This document shows, in pieces, positions 37,326-48,959 of a stretch of 64,000 nucleotides of DNA (the stretch's first letter is position 1; every line of letters starts with the position of its first letter). The position numbers and the translations under genes were made by a program. Source of the DNA: Marsupella aquatica (taxonomy: Eukaryota > Plantae > Marchantiophyta); NCBI GenBank assembly GCA_973895155.1, contig OZ316892.1:30200932-30264931 (forward strand). The letters run 5' to 3'. The notes beneath the pieces are model-generated. The model was given only the letters and a program-made list of their open reading frames with translations, searched no databases and was not told where the DNA came from.

Positions 37326-40300
37326 ATGGAAGTTGCCAAGAAAACCGTCATCGTCCTGCTCGCCGAAGAATCTGATAACTTGGATCTCTCCTCTGTCGGT
37401 GATCTTGTGGCCCTAGCGCTTAGGGATTCCCAAGAATTTCAATCTCAAGTCCAAAGTAAGTTCCCGGAGGTTTATTCATGCATCTTAAGTTGTTGGATTC
37501 GGATGGTCCGAATCCAAGAGCGTTGTTTGGATTCGGACCATCCGAATCCAAGTGGGTTGTTTGGATTCGGATGGTCTGAATCTAAGAGGGTTGTTTAAAT
37601 TTGGACCATCCAAATCCAAGAGGGTTGTTTGGATTCGGACCATCCGAATCCAAGTGGGTTGTTTGGATTTGGATGGTCCGAATCCAAGAGCGTTGTTTGG
37701 ATTCGGACCATCCGAATCCAAGTGGGTTGTTTGGATTCGGATGGTCTGAATCTAAGAGGGTTGTTTAAATTCGGACCATCCAAATCCAAGAGGGTTGTTT
37801 GGATTCGGACCATCCGAATCCAAGTGGGTTGTTTGGATTTGGATGGTCCGAATCCAAGAGCGTTGTTTGGATTCGGACCATCTAAATCCAAGTGGGTTGT
37901 TTGGATTCGGATGGTCTGAATCTAAGAGGGTTGTTTAAATTTGGACCATCCAAATCCAAGAGGGTTGTTTGGATTCGGACCATCCGAATCCAAGTGGGTT
38001 GTTTGGATTTGGATGGTCCGAATCCAAGTGGCTTGATTGGATTCGGATGGTCTGAATCCAAGAGGGTTGTTTGGATTCGGACCATCCGAATCCAAGTGGG
38101 TTGTTTGGATTCGGATGGTCCGAATCCAAGTGGCTTGATTGGATTCGGATGGTCTGAATCCAAGAGGGTTGTTTGGATTCGGACCATCCAAATCCAAGTG
38201 GGTTGTTTGGATTCGGATGGTCCGAATCCAAGTGGCTTGATTGGATTCAGATGGTCCGAATCTAAGAGGGTTGTTTGGATTCGGACCATCCGAATCCAAA
38301 CAACCCACTTGGATTCGGATGGTCCGAATCCAAGAGCCCTCAATCTCACTTTGACAGTGATTTCTTAAAACAAATTTCATGGATTTGAAGTCTAATATGA
38401 ATTTTCACTCTCCAATGCAGAGAGTGATCTGGTGAATACAACTCTCGCCATTTCAGAGGCAGACTGCGACGATGGGCTCATTTTGGAGGACCGCGATCCA
38501 GGATTTCGGTGGGGACTTGAGTTCTCGCGAGTTAACTTCCGCCTGAATTCATTTAACATTCACGATCCAGTGTTATGTGTCAAGATCAGGACAGGCAACA
38601 ACCAAACATTGGTCATCGGACCCGTGGTCTCTGTGGGAATGATAGGAAGAGGAATGAATTCTATCATTGTAGAGGTGTCGAACACGATGAGGTGGGCAAA
38701 GTTGCAGCTCCCCACAAAGGCTTTCTCGGCCGAGTTCAATGTGGAATGGTATGCAAGTGGGGAATTAAGTGTGTTGTCGATGGGATTCTTTCCAAAATCC
38801 TACACAAAGGAGAAGATTATTGGAGGACTGAAGGGAATGCTTCCTTTGGACATTTTTTATGGGTTTCTTTATTTGAAACTCAACATTGTAAACAACCCAT
38901 CAAAGTTCTCTCTTCCATCCACATGGACTCTTAACAATTTGCTTGAGAAAGCAGGTCTGGTGTCACCAGACTCAAATGTTTGGATTGCCAAGGCACTAGC
39001 CTTTGCACACACGCTTGACCTGGAAAAAGCAAATCTATGGGTAGAGTCTTTGGTGAAGTTGAGGAAAAGTACACAACCACAGAAAATAATTGAGTCTACG
39101 CCAGCCAAAGGAACTCCAGCAACTACGACGGAGACAGCACAAACTACTGCAGCAACAACCATGGATAGAGCGGTAGGGAAGCGAAAGCAGAGGGAGAAGA
39201 AGCTTCTGGTTGAGAAACCTACTTCAGTTGAGAAGAAGATCACGGCTCCAGCCGAGAAGAAGAAGCTTCCAGCCGAGAAGAAGTCGAGGGAGAAGAAGAA
39301 ACAAAAAACCGACACCGGAGTTGTGAATTCAACTCCTATAGATTTTTCATTACATGCTGAAGATGAGGGTGATAGGCCACATGCTCCAGAGGAGAAAGAC
39401 GTCTTAGAAGGGAATGAAGTTCTTCAACAAATGGAGCAGTACTATACTTTTGGGATAAACAAAAATTTTCTGATCCCAGTTGAAAGTATTTTTGCCGCAC
39501 CAGCGAGACTATGCTATCGGATGATGAATTTTGATCATGTGCAAGACATTGCTGATTCCATGATCAAAACACCTGGGCATGAGCCACATGTCGCTGATTT
39601 GATTCCTTTTAATGTTGAGCGAAGAAAGGTACTCCACTTTGAGAATACGGAGTCGGACCGGAAGGATTTTTTGGCCGGAGTGAAAAAGGGCGAGGTCCAA
39701 TTTCTAGCCGTTAGTGGTCAGCACTCTGCGAGAGCTGCGAGATGGATTCGTGATAGGGCAACGAAGGATGCCAAGCTCACCCAGTTGGCCAAGAAGTTAG
39801 AATTCAGGAAATCCAGAATATTGTCTGATCGCACACCGTCTTCAATTCTTGTTGAGCACTCCATGAGATCGAACGCCATCAATAGCACGATGGTGTTTCA
39901 GTCTTGCTTTAAAGATACAGTTGTCCATGCGAGGCGGCAGTTTGTTGAATGTGGAAATCCAGACAAACCAAAACATGGCGACAACAAAACAAATGCTCAA
40001 GACAACCAAAAATTTCAGGTAAGAAATGTGATTACTTTGTATGCATTTCTCTACCATAGAGAGTAATTCTATTTTGGATTCGGATGGTCTCAGTCCGACA
40101 CGATTTGTCAAAGAGTATTGGAACTTTTGGAATGTTTAGTACGAGTTTTGTTTTTGATTGAGACCATCCGAATCCAAAACTATTATCGCACATTAGAATC
40201 CTTTTTTTCCAACCCTTGCGTTGGGGATAACTGACTAGCTTTCCTTTTGGATTGTAGGATTGGTTGGCTCTGGCAAGAATGACTATGGGCAGGAAGGACT

Positions 40301-42633
40301 TGCGAAATGTATACTGGCTACTTTTTGCGGACAACGATCTTTTTGAGTTGTGGCGGTTAGTCTGTGAGATGTGGTTGCATGGGAAACTTCCTGATGGAGC
40401 TGGGATGGAAGGAAATAACAAGTCCGAAAAAGCAATTACCGTTGCCATGTTTCGTCCCTTTGATGGTGAGTTGATCTCACAGAAAGACATCACAAAAATC
40501 CTGACACAAGTGAAGTCAGGAAAGGCATTGCTGAAGAAAGATGCCACAAATAAATCTGACATACCCTCAATAGAGGAGCTTGCGAAGGATGTGAAAAAAG
40601 TGAGGAAGCTCAAGTCTCTCATTGAGGAGTACTACTTCGGCAAGGATCCAAGGAATTTCCCTTCGGATACCGATTGGAAGAAAGTTGTAGAGGTTCTGCC
40701 ATTGTTGAGTGTTGACGCAGAATTCAGTAGATGCAGAAGAGCGGCTGGTGAAGTTTTTTTGTCAAATCTGTTGAAGCCAAATCATACCAGGGAGAGTGCA
40801 ATCTTGCCAATAGCTCTGGTGATGCGCCTTGATGACATTTATTGCTAGAAGTTTGGCGGAGGGACACATTCTCGGAGCCAACCGTGGGTCACGTTCTTTA
40901 GTGACAATCTAATGAAAACAGTTGATCCACCAGCAATAGAAGAATCATCTCCAACGTGCTCACTTGCCATTGTTGACTTCAGTCGAGATCACCAGAAGCT
41001 GTGGACGGAAGCAGAAGTTTTGGTCTTTCTGCAATACATTGTGGAGCTACCACGAAATCTTACAATCGTTGTAGCCATAACTGTTCATCCGGGGCCTCTT
41101 GCAATGAATGTCCTAAGCTCACTTTGAAAATTGGGACAAGAGAAATCTCTCACCATTCACATTGAGTATGGGAGTTATTCTCGAGAGGATCAACCGCACC
41201 CGCTTGATTCGTGTTGGGGAGGCGGAATTGAAGAAGTTATATTCGCAGGAATTTCTCGAGATGAAAATGTGAATTGGAATGATGTTTTCAAACCCAATCA
41301 CCCAAAGCCAAAATTCTTTTTTGGTTCAAAAGATACTGATTTTGAGGTCACCAAGATTGACACTGGGAAGGCAAAGGTTGACACAGACGACGTGTCAAAA
41401 CCCAAAGATCTAAAAATGATGCTGACCCCAGAAGAGGCGACCAAGGTTTTGCACATGGCCCCTCGATTTGAGATAGTTGGTGCTCATGGTGGTTGGGTGA
41501 ATCCACATGCCAAACCCATGCGGATGATACAGAGGATTATTGAATCCTTGTCAGAAGCTGGAGACTTGATTCTTGATTTTTTCTCGGGTGGTCAAGTGAT
41601 GAAGACAGCATTCTTGGTGCAACGCGAATGCTTTGTTTATTGTGACTCTCAAGATGAGAGACACTTTGTGGAAGCGTATGCTTCATTCCTTTGCGAGAGG
41701 GTCCCCTCAATCAAGGAAAATTGGGATCCTCGTGGTGGGAGTTCTAGGCATTGGAAACCCACTATTGCGGATGTTTCTGCCGAACATGAATTAGCTGATA
41801 ATTCCGAAGAAGTGGGCACTAAGTCAGTCAAAGATGATGGGGCATCAGAGGTGGCGTATGCAAAGAATTTGGATGACCGTGTAGGTCAAAGTGAAAGCAT
41901 AGAACCCTACGATGTTGATGATAACGTTGGTCTTGCACCACGCCCTTCATCACGTGCAGATGACGTCCCTTTGGAACCCTATGAAGTTGAGGTTGATGAC
42001 AACTTGGACAAGGATGGTCTCAATCCAAATGTGGTGCAACGAGAAACGGACGGAATTGGTGATCCGATTGACATTGATACATTTGAAAATCGTTCGTCAA
42101 CCAATTTGGTCACGGACGGTGGAGACAGACAGGTCAATTCGAATGAAGCTGACACCCAAAATTTGATTCCCGGGATGGCTGTCGAAGTACGTGAGATTCC
42201 CATGACCCCAGAAGCCCGTGCATCAGCGACTGTTGACAACCAGGCAGGTGCTTCAATTTGTCCTGACACACTCTTTTCAGCTTCTGATGACAAATTGGTT
42301 TTTGTTCGTTCACACTCGGGAAGTCCAGTTGTCCTTCCTCTCTCAAAGAAAAAAGGGAATAGAGTTGGATCAACCGGATGGAGGTCACTTGAACGTGATG
42401 CACGATGTTATGTGTGGAAAAGTGGGCCAAATAGAGGCCAAGAAGTTTCATTGGATGCTGCTCCATCGATTCTTAACAGGAAGGAGTATAAGAGAGGAGA
42501 ATTGGGATTGATAACTCCTGTTTGGACGTCACCTTATTGGGTAGAACAAAGTACTTCAGATGTCAATTTTGAAATCCAAGAGGAGCTGGGTGTTGACATT
42601 ATTGATGAATACGGATCTCTTTTTTCAGACTGA
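37326..42633 (+). pseudogene. Three-exon gene (~1367 codons): ParB/Sulfiredoxin-like domain + beta-class N4/N6 DNA methyltransferase-like domain + acidic tail; two in-frame stops
   Basis: Exons 37326-37455, 38421-40018 and 40258-42633 with GT-AG introns of matching phase (A|GTAAGT..CAG|AG; CAG|GTAAGA..CTGAC..TAG|GAT). ParB-like IPVESI...YRMMNFDHVQDIADSM...FLAVSGQHSARA. MTase-like SLAIVDFS...NPHAKPMRMIQRIIESLSEAGDLILDFFSGGQVMKTAFLVQR. Stops TAG 40846 and TGA 41125. Confidence 0.7.
37493..38333. repeat. Tandem array of 25 palindromes at exact 34-bp period, in intron 1 of the ParB-MTase gene
   Basis: TTGGATTCGGA(TGG/CCA)TCCGAATCCAA + 9-bp linker; 841 bp = 24x34+25. Confidence 0.95.
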
Positions 42634-42694
42634 GATCAAACCGTCTGACTTTCCATTTTTTCATACCAATCAAAAATACTTCTCGGTCTCACAG

Positions 42695-43906
42695 AATGCG
42701 GTCAGCAATTAGAGCCTCGATATCCACCTACGCTCTTTGGGGCTTCTAAAAATGGTATGTAGGTTTTCTTTGTTGTTAGTCATTGTCTTGTATTTTTGGA
42801 CTGAGACAATCTCAGTCCAAAGTTCAAATTTGGTTTTCTTTCTAAGAGTTGTATTTGTTGCACTTGCAGAATCGAGACCTTGTCCCATCAAGCGGAAGTT
42901 GCTGATTTTGGATCTTAACAAAATACTTTGGGATTCACTTGAATTCCAAAGCAAGGGCAAATCCAGAAACATTGTGACCCCAAATGGAGTGCATTGGGAT
43001 AGATCAAATGGAACTAGTCGCATGTATACACAGAGGCCAGGGTTCCATGAGTTTCTAAAGTTGGTTTTTGACCGGTTTGACGTTGCAATTTGGACATGTG
43101 CTGGGATGCCGTGGACAGTGAAAATGTTGAACATGATGTTCACTGTTGAGGAGCGGTTGAAACTGAAGTTTGTATTCACACAGGTGGAAGCCTTTGACAC
43201 AGGCATTCAAAGGCGTGACATTACAAATGGAAAGGCAAATGTGCTATTGAAGGATTTTCGGGTGGTATGGAGTGCATTTGGAAATCTATATGATGAAACC
43301 AACACACTCCTTGTGGATGACTCCCCCTTGAAGGCATTTGCCAACCTAGACATGACCGGACTATTTCCAGTGCCCTACACGCATGCCAATCGTGGAGACA
43401 ATTTTCTTCTAACAATTCTTTGGCCATGTCTTGAGAAGCTGTCACATGCAAGTGACATTCGTTGTTATCTTCTCCTAAACTCTCCAAAGTGGTCTCTATT
43501 GCACATTAAGAGAGACAAGGCAAAAAATGAGATTACTTATGATCAACTTAGTAAGAGATGTGCAGCAAAACTTTGGAAGTCACAGTATAGGCATAGTGTG
43601 CTGGACCTCAATAGCAATGAGATTCCTTGGGCTGTGAAGCACCGTATATGTAGCTTACGTCCTGAGGTGGAACTTGACGATGCACTTGTCACCTCACTTG
43701 CTAGATCATTTGTAGGACGGGAATATTCAGGTCTGTATAGAGAAAATCCCAGACACTTTTTGCGGGAGATTATAGCAGTTAGGAACAACACCACCAAATT
43801 TCATCTCCCTGAAGATAAAGGGAGTTGCAACCATGACATTAGGGTAGATAGTAAAGGAGACAAGGGCACGTGCTCAAATAAATATTGTAAGGAGCACTTT
43901 GTTTAG
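42695..43906 (+). CDS. FCP1/NIF-homology (HAD superfamily) phosphatase-like protein
   Basis: KLLILDLNKIL, QRPGFHEFL...FDVAIWT, LLKD, TNTLLVDDSPLKA; likely exons 42695-42754 and 42870-43906 with a phase-1 intron; Cys-rich C-terminus. Confidence 0.8.
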
Positions 43907-44164
43907 AGATCTGACTCATGTTAAGCCCATTAGATAGTAAAAATGGGTGCCAGCCCTGGATATTCATTGTAAGTTTGGACACAATTGTATATAATTATTT
44001 CACACATTATCAATCAATGGTCCTTGCCTAGGCTTCTTTGTGCGTAAATGTTTTTACAAGTATGATCTCTATCCCATGGTTCTTTGTGAACTAATAAGTA
44101 ATATAATACTATTATAATTATTATAATAATATAATATAATATAATACTAATAAGATTTGGCCTA

Positions 44165-44246
44165 TAAAGTGTACATTTAGGTATCAAAAAGTGTACATTT
44201 GGGCTTCTTAAAGTGTACATTTGGGGACATAAAAGTGTACATTTCA
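44165..44246 (+). repeat. Right subterminal AAAGTGTACATTT array
   Basis: Four copies at ~22-bp period, same orientation as the left array. Confidence 0.85.
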
Positions 44247-45756
44247 GGACTGATTTGTGAACAAAAGAAAATACACTTTTAATGAATAGGCTGATAAAGG
44301 TCGAAGCCCATTTGGTTTACAAGTTACTAAGGAGGGGTTTTTTGGCTCATTTTTGGCCGTTTGATCTAATTGGTGTGAGATTGAGGGCTGTGATTCAACG
44401 AGGATTAAAACCATAAGTGGAGGGGCTTGTGGGTGCCCTGGGCCTTCCCACGTGGGTACTAAAGGAGGAAGTTCGAGTGGCCAAGGGTTTGGAAGTTAGA
44501 TGCTGCTGAAGTGCTGTCGTTTTGCCATTTTGGAGTGTTAAGTCCCATTTTTAGTTGTAGGAGCGAACCTCTTGAGGGGAGCTCGAGCATGAGTGAAGGG
44601 GGAGCCCTCCTCCTTGGCCATGGCCTTAGGATTTTGAGGGTAGGAGATGTAGAGGCAATTTTGTGAAGAGATAGATGGAGTAGAAGCTTTGAATGTGAAG
44701 AGATTGAGTTTTGTGACGGTTTTTCTAGGGATTTGGAGAGAGGTTTCGAATGTAGGAGAGGCTGACTTGAAGCCTTAGGAAGGAGGTAGGATGTGAGTAG
44801 GAAGTATAAGGAGCTTGCATGAGAGATTGCCCACAAGAAGGCATACTCGAATGTAGGTTTGTTGCTTCAAGTTTTGAGGAGAATGGACTTGTAGGAGATT
44901 TTCGAAAGCTTAGAGGAGATGAGACCTAATCTTGTTGAAGCTTGGGAGTCTTGCATTAGAGATGGCTCACTAAGAAGGCCTACTCTCTTGTAAACTCCTT
45001 GACTTGAAGCTTCGAAAGTAGATTTGGTTGGTAGAAGGAAGTATGAGAGAAGGAGACTAGGGTTTTGAAGCTTGGATAGGCTATGGAGGGATTTTGAATG
45101 CTTGGTTGATGATTAGACTTGGTGATGATTCATTTTTGCTAGGAGGGTCTTACTTGTGACCCATGTTTTTACTTGGAGGCCATGATGCTACATGTGCCTT
45201 CTTGCTATGCATTTAGAGGAGAGGTATCCTCGTTTTTGAGATGTGTGTTGATGCCTTGCTTTGGCTATGAGTGATGGAATGGTTAGAATGAATGTCTTCA
45301 TGCCATTTTTGAATGTTGTTGTGAGCTTGAAGGTGTTTTTGAAAGTAGATGGGTTGGATGAAGGTACTTTCGAAAGTAGTTATTATGCATGAGGGAAGTT
45401 GCAAGAGTAAAGAGTGAAGGCATTTTTGATTGATGGAATGGGTTGTTTGTGGATTGTACTTGGTGGTTCTACTAGAGGAAGGGACTAAGGTCAATTCCAT
45501 GTTTGTTAAGGAGTTTGTTGACCAACCCTAGGTCACTTTTCAAAAGTAGTTTTCCATGTTTCAACAGTTGGATGTTTGAATGGTGCATAGAGATGCCTTG
45601 CATACCTTTGGATGTCCCACTTGTCTTAGCCACAACCAAGAGTGACCCTTAACTTGACCACATTGATGTAAGCTTGAACTTGTGTACCTTAGAGGGTTGC
45701 AAGGGATTGTGTGCAATCAAGTGTTGGAAAAGGAATGGTGACCAATTGAATGTTGG

Positions 45757-48700
45757 TGTCAAACACTTGCCAAGGAGCTTAAGCGGCTTTTCTCCCCAAA
45801 AGACTACCTAATACCTGCTCCATGTCATACCAGGGTCACAAAGGATTGACAAAACTTCTGAAGTGTGCTTACAATGTCCAATCACTCCATACATAAGTAG
45901 TTTCAACTCTCCACTTCTAGAGAGGTAGTCCCCTTGACTACTTTTGTACTCACCCCTTCCCCTCTCCTCTACTCCAAGGATCAGCAAGGGGGATCTCCGC
46001 TCCAAGCTGTCACCTTAGAGTAGATTCTCACACAAACACCCAAGAACCCAAAGTACTTTCCTCTTCAAGCTTAAGTCTCCTCAAGACCCTCAAAGTAGTG
46101 TTACCCCTCAACCTTGCCCCCCTGGCCTTGGTTTGGGTCCACACATCCCCTTTGAGCCCTAGAGAAGGCTCCTCTATCTAAGGACTCTTCCTCTTGTTCT
46201 TACTTCTTGTTAACACCACACACCAAGCAAAGTACTTTCCACCCTCAAGCTATAATCCTCTCTAAGTCTCAAAGTAATGCTATACCTTAACCTTGCCTCC
46301 TTGGCCTTGGTTTTGTACTAGCACATCCCCTTCAAGCTTAGACCAAGATTATACCATAGCATGGACTCTTCTCTTGCTCTCATATACTTCAAATGCACTC
46401 ACACTTAATGGTCACAATGAAGATTGGTAAGTCTCCTTTTATTGCATCACCTTTACAACAAAAGTTCACTACACATTCTCCACACTAAGCATGGACCACC
46501 TCTCCTTTCTCAAGCTTAGCCCTACCTTGGCAAGGTAGAGATTTCACTTAAGAGATGAGACTCCCGGTCCCTAACAAATGAAAACTTCCTCCTTATATAC
46601 TATCTCCTTCCACATCACACCAAGCTTGACCTGGGGTCCAACTATACCTCCCCCAAGTCCTCCTAACACACAAAGTCCAACTCTATAGTTCATAGCCCAC
46701 CCTACTACTTGCTATTTTGCCTCCTTCCAAGCCCTGGAATATGCCACACATGAGTGGTATGCTTTGACTTCCAAACCTACTCCCACTTATGGTCCTCCTC
46801 ACCAGCTTACCAACCCACTTGAAAGCTCGCAAAAAGAGTGAGTGAGTCTCAAGTTGTGCCTAGTCAAAGTTGGCCTTATTTTACTTGTAACCCCTTTACT
46901 ACCCTAAGTAAACTACCCCCTATATTTACTTTTCTTAACTTGATGGCCTTACACCTTTGGCCAAAGGTAAGTACCCTTCTCTAGAGCCTAACTCAAGTGG
47001 TATGGGTGCAAGAAAGGTCAGCCCCTAAATCTGGTATTCATTCCCCTATGCCGACTTTGGTTTGCAAGTTGTCGGGACTCCCTCGTGGCCTCGGTTAAAA
47101 ATATATTTGAGTGATTACTTTTCTGGGGTTCCACCTTCACCAGGGGTTGCCTTATCTTCCCCTAACTCAGCACAAAAAAATTTGGGCCCCAACGGATACC
47201 TCTAGCCAAAGTTATGCCCATTCTCCCAAGGCCTGTTTTTGGTGTAAAGCGGGTGTAAGCGGCGGCCCGATTACACTTACCTTACATGCCCCTTATGGGG
47301 ATTCCACGTGTCATGAGGGGAGAGCACTCTCATTATACTCATGTTTCTTATGAAGAATTTGTAAGGACAGCAATGTTTGCAGCCATTTCTCTCTCGTGAA
47401 TTCAATCTAAAACCACAGCATTCTCTATTGATTCTTTCTTGTGCAGCAGTCCAGCTGATCAGCCGCCAGCCCCTCAATTTCACAGCCACCATAGCTCACA
47501 GCCAGCCTAGTCAATTTCGCAGCTAGCCCACCTCTTCAATTTTGCCGCTAGCAACACAGTCAATTTCGCAGCTAGCAGCACAGTCACATCAGCGCATTTA
47601 CAGCACAACAACAGCAGATTTGAAGCACAGCAGCAGCAACCATAGCTTGATTCCTTCTCAGTCAAGCAGGTCTCTCTTCTCAATTTCGTAGCTGCCCACC
47701 TTTGCAATTTCGCAGCTAGCAGCAGCATCATTCAATTCAGCAGCATCAAGGCAGCAGCCAGCCAATTCTCATGAGCATCTCGTGCCTGATTAGTAGGAGC
47801 ACCTCTAATCTAGTGTGCAGCTGTCATAGCAGCAAGCAGCCTTCCCAATTCAAAGCCAGCAGCGATCCTAATTTGCAGCCATAGCTCTTTTCCTTCTCAG
47901 CAGCCATAGCTTCTTCAATCAGCAACAGCCCTTGCTTCTTCAATCAGCAGCAGCCATTTCAATTCAGCCGCCCTTCCTTCAATTCAGCCGCCCTTGTGCT
48001 CAATTGATTCCTCAAGTAATCATGCAGCACCTTTGGACAGCCTCCCGGTGCTTGACGTCCTCACCAGCCTCGTGCTTGCTCCTCCTTGCCTCGTGCTCGC
48101 TCCTCCTTGCCTCGTGCTCGCCGCGTGATCGTCGCCCACGCGGTTTACACTTAGAAAAAAATACATTTTTTTTTTGGAAAAACAGCATTTTGGGGCGATT
48201 TTGGACCCCCCTCCAAAACTCACACATAAGTCCAAAAGGACTTCTGAGTAGCTCCACTGATTCTATGGACATAGGACTATGTCCGGGTTTACTAAGATAT
48301 AAACAAAACCCTATAACAACTTTTCTAAAATTAGGCAAAGAGGGTCAAGTCTTTATGTCTTCCAAAATTCTTCTCAACTTTGAGATGCTCCCAAAAAGTA
48401 ACCAAGTGTGACAAAGTTGTCCCACAAGTTTCTAGGGATAGAGGGGACCATACTTAACCCACTTCCAAACTTGGAACCCCTACATTTACCCATCAGCTAT
48501 TTTTCCCGGGACCCGCTATTTGGTAACTTTGATTTTTGCCAAAATACTTATAACTCCTAGGTTAAGACCCCACTTGACTTCATACTTTTTCAGGGTTCCC
48601 TAGGGACCTCCCAGCACCCATGGGGGAAATATCAGCCAAAAATAAGATGTCCGGTGTCGGGTCATTTTTCGGTCCCGACTTAGTCGCCTATTATAACTAA

Positions 48701-48919
48701 GGACGGACTAGTTTCCTGCCCCTCCTATAGTAACTTGCTTACCCCTAGATAACTTTGCATAACTAAATTCCCTCTTACCTCTACTAAGCTTCCCTTCTTA
48801 CTTAAGTGCCCTAAACCTAGCTACTCTGATAGCACTAAAACTTTTTCCCTAACTATTTCCTCTTCTAAACGAAAGAATGTCATGTTTCTCTACACTAGCT
48901 GACACTGAGCCATCCCACA
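45757..48919 (-). repeat. 3' LTR (3163 bp)
   Basis: TGTCAAAC...CATCCCACA, duplicated at 55083-58246; adjacent PPT AAGTAGGGGGCTA (48920-48934, minus strand). Confidence 0.95.
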
Positions 48920-48959
48920 TAGCCCCCTACTTAAGTGTGCAGCGTCCCCGCAAACACAC

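Larger units (their letters stand above)
33789..44295. mobile_element. 10.5-kb TIR DNA transposon carrying cargo genes (superfamily uncertain; 4-bp TSD compatible with Sola-like elements)
   Basis: Perfect 26-bp TIR ATCAGCCTATTCATTAAAAGTGTATT (33789-33814) / AATACACTTTTAATGAATAGGCTGAT (44270-44295); flanked by AAAG on both sides; subterminal repeats at both ends. Confidence 0.85.

Noticed and set aside
35345-38333. CRISPR array (palindromic repeats with spacers)
   Set aside because: Spacers are related or identical to each other (9 bp in one array), there are no cas genes, and the context is eukaryotic introns.
35413-38380. Many short ORFs with WIRMVRIQ / LDSDGPNP / GFGPSESK repeats
   Set aside because: Translations of the palindromic arrays in all frames; they fall inside predicted introns.
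40846-41127. Stops rescued by U-to-C RNA editing or readthrough
   Set aside because: U-to-C editing is organellar; methylation-driven C-to-T decay is simpler for a nuclear TE.
33260-45756. LTR-like host sequence (33260-33788 and 44296-45756) around the TIR element
   Set aside because: Starts with TG and is compositionally LTR-like, but has no second copy, PBS or PPT in the window to confirm it.
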